From positions 17,007 to 81,006 of the forward strand of contig CAVSTJ010000002.1 in NCBI GenBank assembly GCA_963730795.1: a stretch of 64,000 nucleotides of DNA, in the 5' to 3' direction. Below, piece by piece: positions 37,999-47,600 of this stretch. The notes beneath the pieces were generated by a model. It saw nothing but the letters and a program-made list of their open reading frames with translations, had not been told where the DNA came from and did not search any database. Positions within the stretch are counted from its first letter, which is position 1, and every line of letters begins with the position of its first letter. Position numbers and translations under genes: made by a program. This DNA comes from an uncultured Acidobacteriaceae bacterium. Its GTDB lineage: Bacteria > Acidobacteriota > Terriglobia > Bryobacterales > Bryobacteraceae.

Positions 37999-40900
37999 CC
38001 GGAGGCTTCGGATACCCGTCGGCGAAAATCATGATTCCCCGAACCGCCGGCGTGTTGACAGTGCTCTTTTCCCCGGTTGACGGGGCGACGTCACGAATCT
38101 GAACCTCGACTTCGTCATTTGACGTGGCGAGTCTTCTGGCTGAGATCTGGAGTTCGGAGGACGCCTCATCTACTCTTATCCAGTGATGGGCCTGAACGTC
38201 ACGCATGCCAATAAGCACTTTGCCCGGCATTAACGCAGAAGCCGCTTCCGCGAGCAGTTCCATGCTCATTGTCAGAGGCAGGACGATCATGGGACGCAGC
38301 GTCGGATCCATTGTCGACACCGGTCCGCCTAAGGCGTGTTCGCGGAGGAAAAGATCATCCTCCAGGTTGAGATGACGAACGGCCGTCAGCTCCTGGCCCG
38401 GCGATAGCGAGGTGATGGCTCCGAGTAGCGGGAAGACGGCTCCAGCAGATTGCCTCGACATCGTACCGGCTTTACTACTTCCGGCAGCTCGGGCGACACC
38501 AAGGAAACTCGCCATCATCTGCTGTTCCACGTTGAGGAACTTCTCCATCCCTTTCATGTACTCTTCCATCACCAACGTCGTCCCGTTTGCGGAGGCACGG
38601 GGACGGATAGGTTGTGGACGGGTTGCAGCCGGCAACGGGATTTCAATCTTTCGGCTAGGGCCGGCATGGGAATCGCCGTTGTGCGGAACGGCCGCAGTGC
38701 TCGGCTTCGAGCTTTGAGGCGCGGCTGGCGGCCGGGGCGCCACTTTGAGCGGAGGCAACGAAAGGACCACCTTCATTGCCGGCGAAACACTCTTTGCTGG
38801 CGGTTTCGGATTTTCGAAGGACACCGGGCTCGGATCGCGACGGGCGTAGAGATAGTCGAGACGCATCCCTATCCCTTGGGCGGCCAGAATACTAACCAGA
38901 TGATTGATTTGTGTTATGCCCGAGCGGCGCGCGATGTTGGCCGGCATCGCAAGATGAGGCTTGCTGCGGAGAATGTCGCCCACGAACGCGGTCAGGTTGC
39001 CGCGCGGCCCTACTTCAACAAAGGTCCGCACTCCGTCCGCGTACATGGTCTCGATCGTCTTGCCGAACAATACGGGGAGCACCCAATGCGCTATATACAA
39101 CTCCCGGATCTCATCTCCGCTATTCGGATAGAGGGCTGCTGTGGTACAGGAATACGTTTCGATCTGAGGTGCGGAAATTCGAAGACGTGAAAAAAACTCA
39201 CGAGCGGCACCTTCTGCGTAAGCCCGGAACATCGGCGTGTGATATGGCCGGTCGAATGGCAGGACTTCATAAATGAGCCCGCGTTGCTGAACGTATTTTA
39301 TTGCCTGCTCGATCTGGTCTTTGCTACCGACGAGAACACTCTGATGAGGGCAGTTGTCCATCGCGAGATAAAGTTCCCCGCCGAGAGCATCGATCATGGA
39401 GCTGACGGTTGCGGAATCAGCCGCAATGGCCAGCAAAGCAGCTTCAGGTACAGAGGTTTCTTTTTCGACCCGAACATGTGCCTGATTCAGTTCCAGGATT
39501 GTTTCGAGATAGGTGGCGTCGCTCGTCAGCTCGATGATATTTGCAGCAAGCATTGCCGAGTAGTCGCCGGTGCTATGTCCAACAATTGCGTCGGGGCGTA
39601 TCTCGAGTCGCCGCAACAGTGTCCAAAGGGCTAGGTTGCCGATGAGGACGCTGCCGACAGCACCCTCTATACCCCAGATCCGTTTCTGTACCTCCGAGAG
39701 CTCAATGTCGGACAAGAGCGAACGAGGAAAGATAAACTCGCTGGGCCAGCATTCGGGTGACTGGTGGCTAAGAGCGCGATCTGCTAGCTCGAAGCACCGT
39801 CTCACCTCCGGGAAATGAAGACAGAGGTCAAGCAACATGTTGGGGTATTGAGCGCCTTCACCCGGGAAAAGGAAGGCGAGCTTGCCCTTGAGCGGCTCAT
39901 CGAAGAAATAGATACCCCGGTTGTCCTTGATCTGCCGACATTTGGGGTCGGCAAGACGGTCTAGGGCATGTGCGAGCTTCGCGTCCAGATCCTGTTTGGA
40001 TTCAGCGACGATCGCAAGACGAGAAGACCGGCCTTCCAGTTCTTTGCTGAGCGTATATGCGACGTCCTTGAGGACGACCTTACTAGCCTCCTTCAGGTAG
40101 TCCCGAAGTCGGTTGCCTTCATCAATCAATCCTTGTCGTGATGAAGCTTCGAGAATGATAGCTTCCGTATCCCATTCGAGAAGGTAACTGTGGTCCTCTG
40201 TTTCACCGGAATACTCCTCGAGCACCGCGTGACCGTTGATTCCGCCAAAACCAAATGAATTCACGCCGGCCCGGCGCGGCGTTTCAGCTCCGTGGAACCA
40301 TGGCCGCACTTCGGTGTTGACGTAGAACGGCGTCTTTTCAAGTTGCAGAGCGGGATTCGGCTTCTCGCAATTCAGAGTGGGCGGCAACACACGGTGGTAG
40401 AGAGCGAGTGCCGTTTTGATCACTCCGGCGATACCCGCGGCTGGCATTGTGTGTCCGATCATGGACTTGACGGAGCCGATCGCACAGCTCGGCAATAAGC
40501 CATGCCGCTCCCCGAAGACCCGGTGTAGCGCCTGCAGCTCCGTCACATCACCCACCGGAGTAGCCGTGCCGTGTGCCTCGATCAAGCCGACGCTCGCAGG
40601 CGAAACATCGGCCATCTCGTAGGCGCGGCGCAACGCAAGCTCCTCGCCTTCGATACGTGGGGCCATGACGTGCAGCGCGCGGCCGTCGCTGGCAATACCG
40701 ACGCCCTTGATCAAGGCATAGATTCGATCGCCGTCCCGCTCGGCGTCCTTTCGCCGCTTTAGGACAACCATTCCTAGGCCTTCGCCAAGAATGGTGCCAT
40801 CTGCGTCCTTGTCAAAGGGTCGAATACGTTCCTGCCGGGATAAGGCGCCCAATTGACAAAAGAGACTCAAGGTTGGGAGTGGCGCGTTAACGTTTGCTCC

Positions 40901-41638
40901 TCCCGCGAGTACCAAGTCGCACTTACCGGTTAGTAGGTCGCGAACGCCTATATCTAAGGCAACCAGTGCGGACGCGCAAGCTGCGTCTACGGTAAAACTC
41001 GGTCCCATCAGATCGAGCCGATTGGCAATGCGACCGGCGATGATGTTGCCTATCAGCGCGGGCGCCGTATCCGCATTGAACGGAGGCAATCCGCCTTTCA
41101 ATTCCTGCTTGATCTGGTTGACTTCCGCCTCGCTGTACTCGGGATGAAGGTTCCGAAGCACCTGGAGCAATTGCTCTACCACCATCCCGTGATAGCCGAC
41201 CGTCAGATTGCCACGGTTAACGTAGGTGCCCTTCCCGAGGATGACCTCGGCGCGCAGATGTTCTTTGGGGGACTCCCGGTACCCTGCATCCGCGAGCGCC
41301 TGAAACGCGACTCGCACCGCCAGCCACTGGTCTGGTTCTCCGCCGTCCACCGTGACCGGCATGACGCCAAAATCCGCGGGGCGGAATTCGGCTAAATCAT
41401 TGATGTATCCGCCGCGCTTACAATAAACGCGGTCGTTCGACTTGGACGATGGATCGTAGAATACGTTCACATCCCAGGCATCTGAGGACGGGTCAGAGAT
41501 GGAATCTACCTTCGAAACGATGTTGCGCCAATAACTGTAGAGATCGGGTGCGCCCGCAAAGAGGCAGCTCATCCCGACGATGGCCACATCGCCTTTAAGC
41601 TGAGGTAGTTCCTTTTCTGCCTCGGTGCTGACCTTCAT
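37829..41638 (-). CDS. type I PKS, KS-AT-linker-DH(N-terminal half); reading frame breaks at about 37985-38025
   Basis: Start ATG 41638 (MKVSTEAE...) forms an ATGA overlap with the upstream stop. KS motifs: DAACASALVALD (Cys codon 40976-40978), EAHGTATPVGD, GHTMPAAG. AT motifs: FLFPGEGAQY, VGHSTGDY (Ser codon 39572-39574). DH motif: LREHALGGP...LPLTMSMELLAEAA. The last ~50 codons are Arg-rich out-of-frame sequence. Confidence 0.85.
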   Translation of the reverse strand: MKVSTEAEKELPQLKGDVAIVGMSCLFAGAPDLYSYWRNIVSKVDSISDPSSDAWDVNVFYDPSSKSNDRVYCKRGGYINDLAEFRPADFGVMPVTVDGGEPDQWLAVRVAFQALADAGYRESPKEHLRAEVILGKGTYVNRGNLTVGYHGMVVEQLLQVLRNLHPEYSEAEVNQIKQELKGGLPPFNADTAPALIGNIIAGRIANRLDLMGPSFTVDAACASALVALDIGVRDLLTGKCDLVLAGGANVNAPLPTLSLFCQLGALSRQERIRPFDKDADGTILGEGLGMVVLKRRKDAERDGDRIYALIKGVGIASDGRALHVMAPRIEGEELALRRAYEMADVSPASVGLIEAHGTATPVGDVTELQALHRVFGERHGLLPSCAIGSVKSMIGHTMPAAGIAGVIKTALALYHRVLPPTLNCEKPNPALQLEKTPFYVNTEVRPWFHGAETPRRAGVNSFGFGGINGHAVLEEYSGETEDHSYLLEWDTEAIILEASSRQGLIDEGNRLRDYLKEASKVVLKDVAYTLSKELEGRSSRLAIVAESKQDLDAKLAHALDRLADPKCRQIKDNRGIYFFDEPLKGKLAFLFPGEGAQYPNMLLDLCLHFPEVRRCFELADRALSHQSPECWPSEFIFPRSLLSDIELSEVQKRIWGIEGAVGSVLIGNLALWTLLRRLEIRPDAIVGHSTGDYSAMLAANIIELTSDATYLETILELNQAHVRVEKETSVPEAALLAIAADSATVSSMIDALGGELYLAMDNCPHQSVLVGSKDQIEQAIKYVQQRGLIYEVLPFDRPYHTPMFRAYAEGAAREFFSRLRISAPQIETYSCTTAALYPNSGDEIRELYIAHWVLPVLFGKTIETMYADGVRTFVEVGPRGNLTAFVGDILRSKPHLAMPANIARRSGITQINHLVSILAAQGIGMRLDYLYARRDPSPVSFENPKPPAKSVSPAMKVVLSLPPLKVAPRPPAAPQSSKPSTAAVPHNGDSHAGPSRKIEIPLPAATRPQPIRPRASANGTTLVMEEYMKGMEKFLNVEQQMMASFLGVARAAGSSKAGTMSRQSAGAVFPLLGAITSLSPGQELTAVRHLNLEDDLFLREHALGGPVSTMDPTLRPMIVLPLTMSMELLAEAASALMPGKVLIGMRDVQAHHWIRVDEASSELQISARRLATSNDEVEVQIRDVAPSTGEKSTVNTPAVRGIMIFADGYPKPPVARSVFARGRTGFKPGLRRSIRRAIDVSWSLLPGSGERRSLGPRRRIRPSENTANQ

Positions 41639-44600
41639 GAGCCAAGCCCGACAGCAGCGGTCATCGACTTTCTCGCAAGGCGGTTTAACGCTGTGCTGCA
41701 CGCGCCCTGCATGTCGTCCAGAACAGCAAAGACACGTCGGGTTGCTGCGTCGATGAAGAAAATGTCGGCATGTATCGTCTGGGAACCAGTGTTCGGCCGA
41801 ATTCTCATTTCGCACAACACCGGCCCGCTGGATGGCTCGCCGAAGCGTGAATAGCTCTGGAAGCCGGAGGGTAACGCGGTCATGTCCCAGTGTTCCCGCG
41901 CCCAGACAACAAGCAATTGCAAAGCGCTATCGAACATAAGGGGATCGATCAGCCATGGGCGCTTGGGATCTCCTGCCACAAGGTCAGACGGCCGCGACCT
42001 TGCCAGCAGGGCTGTGATTCCACTCGGTCCAATACTCTCGATCCTGCTAATTCCCTGCAGCAATGGGCCGTGAAATAACCACTGATTGTAGAAGTCTTCG
42101 CGTGTCAAGCGGAATGCACCGCCATCCGAGAGCAGAACCGGCTCACGAGGTGGCGTTTGAGGCAACCCCTGTGCAAGTTCGACAGTCGCCCGGTAATGCA
42201 CTCGATACGGCTGTTCGGCGCTCACCAACTCCACAGCTACGCTCGTTTTGTTCGGCTCGCTTACCGACTGCGATTTCGAGACGATTCGAATGTTCCCGTG
42301 TTCTTTATCGAGGACGATTCCCTTTAAAAGCTGCAGGTCGCGGATCGACGTGAACTGCAACTCAGGCCAGTTCTGCGCCACCACTTCGGCCATCAGCTCA
42401 GACGCGACAGCTAGTGGCAGAACAGGGCGTCCGTCAATTCGGTGGTCGTCCAGGTAACGGTCGTGAACTGGGTCCAACTCGCAGACGAATTCCCGAGTGC
42501 CATTAACCCCCGATGAGCTGATCCGCGGGAGGAGAGGCCAATCGCCGAAAGACTCCGCATGTTGCTTGACAGGACTCCATCCGGCTCCTCCAATGACGAC
42601 CTCGGCTTCGCCCCGATGTCCAAAATTCAACTCGTCTTCGAGCATCTGGAGCCCGACCTCCGGAGGAATCAACTCGACGCCGCGTTCGACGAATTGCCGG
42701 CGAACTTCTTCCGAGACCATGCCCGGGCTATCCCAGGGTCCCCAATTCATTGCCACCACGCGCCCCGGCCAACTGCGGTCAAGAGATACCGCGAGCTTGT
42801 TCAGCACTTCGTTCGCCGCCGCATAGTCTCCCTGCCCGCGGTTGCCGAATCGCCCCGCTACAGACGTAAAGAACACGAGAAACTGGAGACTCTCCGAATG
42901 AAGCTTGCGCGTCAGAGTGAAGGCGCTGTTGACCTTGGTATCGAAGACGCGATCGAACGATTCGACGGTTTTGTCTTGCACGAGCTTGTCTTCAATGACA
43001 CCCGCGGCATGGATTACGCCATCCAACCGGCCGAAGCGTTCGTAGATGCTGTCGATGACCGAGGCGAATGCCTCGGCATCGCGTACGTCAACGGTCTCGT
43101 AGTGCACCGCTCCGCCGAGCTTTCGAAGCTCCTTCAGATTCTGACGAATTTCGCGTTCACTCATGAGCCGCGCATAGGCCTGTTCGACACGCGCCGGTGT
43201 CACCTGGTCCCCGCCCCGGCGCATGGATTCCATGAGCGCAGCTTTCAGTTCTTTGGGTGAACTTAGTTGAGATGTTTCCGCGGACTCCTGTGCCTCGGGC
43301 ATAGGGGTCCGGCCTATCAGCACGATCGTGGACCCGTAACGTTCTGCGATCCGATGCGCCGCGCGCGCCCCGATTCCACGCGCACCGCCCGTTACGAGAA
43401 CTACCGAAGAGCTATCGATGGCGAGCGCAGGTTTTCCCTTCCTCTCTGGAGCGGTGAGATTCAGATCCAGACAAAGACGACGAGCGCCTTGATACCCGAT
43501 TTCCGTGTGGCCTTCTTCCGCGACGTTCATTTCGCCCAAGAGATGGTCAGCGAGATCTTGTCCGTTCTCCTCCGGGTTGAGATCGACGACCCGGATCCTC
43601 ACTTCCGGCCATTCGATGGCGAGCGTTTTCGTAAGTCCAGCAATGCCGCCGTGATCCGGGTACGAAACCGGAGAGTCGGGAGACAAGCCAGTCATGAAAG
43701 CGCCGCCCATCCCTGTCGCCGCAATCAGAGATGCTCCTTTGTTTTGCCCGGCCTCCCGCAGTTGCTTGCCTGCTGCCTTTGCGAGATAGAACAGGCTCTT
43801 CGTGCCTACCATTAGCTTTTGGCTACTGTCTTCGAGGGCCAGATTTCGAGGAGATGGTCTATTCGCCAACGGGTAGAGATGAACGATAGCGCCGATCGCC
43901 CCCTGGCGTTCATTCACGAGAGAAATGAGCTGGTTGACCGCTTCCGGCGAACCTAAATCAGCTTCGTAAAATCCGCTCGCCCGCTCTTGAACTCGTTCGC
44001 CCATAGCTACTGTGACGACATGGTGTCCACGGCGGTGCAACTCCTCGCCCAAGGCGGTCGCGATACCGCGCCCGTCATCGGTAATCAGGACGGTTCGGTC
44101 CTTCGCCACGGGCTGCAGGGCACCAGCTAGCGGCCTCTCAACGGCAGCCAATGTGAAACGTCCGATGTTCGCCGTTTCTCGCTTATGGTCGTTCGAAGTT
44201 GAAACGCCTGCCGTCGCTCTGAAGTGCTCATCCGATTTGTCGGCAGTCGCCGGCTCACTGTCGCCGGACACCGGCTTTTTCTGAGCAACTTGCAAGACAC
44301 AATCGATGATGCCGCGCAAGGTATGCATTCCCGCGAGTTGCTCGATCATTCCCTCGTGGGTTGCTTGTCCGAGTTCGAAGAGTGCTTGCTGGAAGTTGCC
44401 CAATATCTCGACTCGCTTGATGGAGTCGATTCCGAGGTCCGCCTCCATGTCCGCATCTACGTCCAGCATCTCGGGCGGATATCCGGTCCGATCGCTCACT
44501 GTAGCGAGCAATCGTGCGGTCAACTGTTCCCTGCTCGGGGCGCCAGCTTTAGGAACACTCATCTCCGCAGAGGACACAGAAGTGGGCGCTTCCGCGCCAA

Positions 44601-47600
44601 TCTGCTCCGCAACTCGATCGATGACGCCTTGCAAGGTCCTAATACCAGAAAGCCCTTCCATCAAGCCTTCTCCGGCATTGATACCCATCTCTGCGAAGGA
44701 CTGTTGGAAAGTTCCCAAAATTTCGACTCGTTTGATCGAGTCGATGCCTAAATCAGCCTCCAAGTCGAGTTGGAGATCCAGCATCTCCGGCGGGTAACCG
44801 GTCCTATCGCTCACAATGGTCAACAATCGCTTGGTGAGCTCGGTCGCGGGGTCCGTCTTGCCAGCCGACTTCTCAGATGGAAGTGGACCCGGAGTTGACT
44901 TAAGGGCGTGCGCCGCAACGGGCGCGGCAGAAACGGCGATTTCGGGTTGCGTGACAGGTTGAGGAATGAGGGGCTCGGCCGCTACAAAGTGTTGCAACGC
45001 GAAGAGATCGCGGGTCGGCTCAGCCTGAGGCCGAGGGGCGAGCTCGCGCAGCGCAGGCTCGAGGGTAGAGGGAGTTGACTGGCCCTCCAGGTAATTGATC
45101 ATGACGGTTTGTTGGACATCCAGAAAACGCGTCATTATCTGCTGGAAGTGCACCACCACGTGCGAGACGTTATCCAGGGAGCGAGTGACCGCAGGTGCTG
45201 GTTCGTGAGAACCATTGAGAACTACCGGTGAGGGTTGGACAGGAGGCGGCGAAGGCGGTGCTGCCCCCTGATGGGATGCTGCCGCAGAACCGTTAACCGG
45301 TGCGGGAATGGGCGGCACGCTCAGCCCCGCTGTACTCTCTTTCGGGTGTTTTGAAGAATCCATTTTTTGAGAACCGTTCGCGCGGCCGTTGCGGCCCGCT
45401 ACTTCCTTCAGCGGCTTGGCGCGCGCGCCATTGACCAACCATACGGATGGGGATAATTGCTTTTCGTTGTCCTGCCCGAGCGCGCCGAGATCCAGACGCC
45501 GGCTCGACCGGCCGCGATATAAACGATCGAGCTTTACGCTCACGCCTTGCGCAGCAAGCTGTGCAAGCAGGTGGAGGACTTGCGTTAGACCTGGCCTCCC
45601 GCTCTGGTTTGATGCCACTGCGAGCTTCGGACGGTCTCCCAGAATCTTGTCCACCAAGCCTGTTAGAACGCCACGCGGGCCCGCCTCTACAAAGATCCGC
45701 GCGCCTGCGTCATACATGGATTCGATTTCGCGCGCAAACTCTACTGGCCGGACCAGGTGTTCTAGAAGCCTCGTCACAATTGCATCGGGCTCTGTTGGAT
45801 AAGGCTCTGCCGTGGTATTCGAATAGACCGGAATAGTAGGTGTTCCTACCTTCACACCCGAAAGGAACTGAGCCAAGCCCTGCTGCGCGCCCGAAACGGT
45901 CGGCGAGTGGAAGGCACATGCCACAGGGATTCTGCGCACGGACGTGCCTCTCGCGCCAAACTGCTTGAGAGCTTCTTCCACGCCGGCCTTCGTCCCGGAT
46001 ATAACTATCTGGCGAGGGGCGTTCGCGTTCGCGATGCACACCCCCTGGATGCCATCAACAACAGCCGCCACTGTTACGGCATCAGCTTCGATCGCCGCCA
46101 TTACGCCCGGCTCTCCGCCAGCCGCGTCAACGATAAAGCGACCCCGTGCCTCCGAAATCGCAATGAGTGTTTCGGGACTAAACGCTCCGGCCGCAGCTAA
46201 GGCCACATACTCTCCGTAGCTGTGACCGGCAACCATGTCCGGTTTGAGACCTAATTCTCCTAGCAAGCCAGACATAGCCAGACCGGCGGCTCCTAGCGCT
46301 GGTTGTGCGATGTGCGTTTCTGTCAGCGCACATTGACGATTGTCTGCTTCCTGAGTGTTGAAACTGGGAGGCGGAAAAACGTAGGAACTCAACGGCTTTT
46401 CCAGCCGTTCGCCGAGGGCGGCGTTGGCGCTTTCAAATACTTCCTGCATCTCCGGGAAATAAATGAGAAGATCCTGCAACATGTGCGGGTATTGCGAACC
46501 TTGCCCGGGAAATAGGAATGCTACCTTTCCTTGTGAACCCAGCGGTTCTTGGGAAAAGTAAATCCCACGGGGATCGCTGATTCGGGCAACTTCGGACTGC
46601 ACGAGGCTCTTCCGGGCCGAAGCCAGTTTTTGCTTAAGATCATCGACCGAACTCGCGACGATCGCGAGCTGCAGGGCAGACTTGCGAGCTCCAGCAGATA
46701 ACTCTTCGGCCTGCTTCCACGCTGTGAAGGCCAGATCCCGCAAGATCGGCGCCGTCGGTACACGAAGTGCCTCATCCCAGGTCTCAACCGTTTGAAGTAG
46801 GGCCTGCCGGTTCTCGGCTCGCCACACGAAAAGCTCATCTGACCACTGCCGGGTCCGGGTTGGTTGAGCCGAAGCTGGCGTGCCCGTGTATTCCTCGACT
46901 ACCACGTGAAAATTCGTACCGCCGAAACCGAATGCGCTTACGCCCGCGCGGCGCGGATTCTGGGCAAGCCCGTTCAGCCAGGCTTGCGCTTCCGTATTAA
47001 CGAAGAACGGCGTCTCAGGAAAGCGCGCACGAGGATTCGGCTTCTCAACACCTAACGTCGGCGGCAGCACCTTATGGTGAAGTGCCAGCGCAGCCTTGAC
47101 CAGGCCAACGGCACCGGCACTGCATTTCGTATGCCCGACCATTGACTTGACAGAGCCGATGGCGCAGCTCTGAAGGGGAGCTCGAGCGTCGGAGAACACT
47201 TGTGTGAGCGCCTGGACTTCCGCGCCATCCCCCGCCACGGTACCCGTTCCGTGAGCTTCAATCAGTCCCACCGTCGCGGGTGACAGTCCAGCCTTGGCGT
47301 ACGCGCGATTCAGAGCGCGTGCCTGACCCTCAGGGCGGGGCGCCGTCAGCCCGCGGTCTTTTCCATCGCTTGAGCTTCCAGCGCCTTTGATGACTGCGTA
47401 GATGCGGTCGCCGTCCCGCTCTGCATCCGCCAATCGCTTGAACACCATCATTGCGATGCCTTCGCTGATGGCAATTCCATCTGCGCTCTCATCGAACGTG
47501 CGGCACCGGCCGCGAGGCGAGAGCGCGTGGGTTTTGCTGAAGCAAAGGTATGTGAACGGATTTTGCATGGTGTCGATTCCGCCCACAATCACCATGTCGC

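Noticed and set aside
26653-38025. Programmed ribosomal frameshifting or phase variation as the cause of the seven frame breaks
   Set aside because: There are no slippery heptamers, homopolymer tracts longer than 4 nt or simple-sequence repeats at the switch sites. Seven independent programmed events in unrelated genes is implausible.
36700-41638. Enediyne PKSE (KS-AT-ACP-KR-DH-PPTase)
   Set aside because: It shares the rare C-terminal PPTase. But it lacks the internal ACP and KR, and none of the enediyne cassette genes (the TE and conserved unknowns) is nearby.
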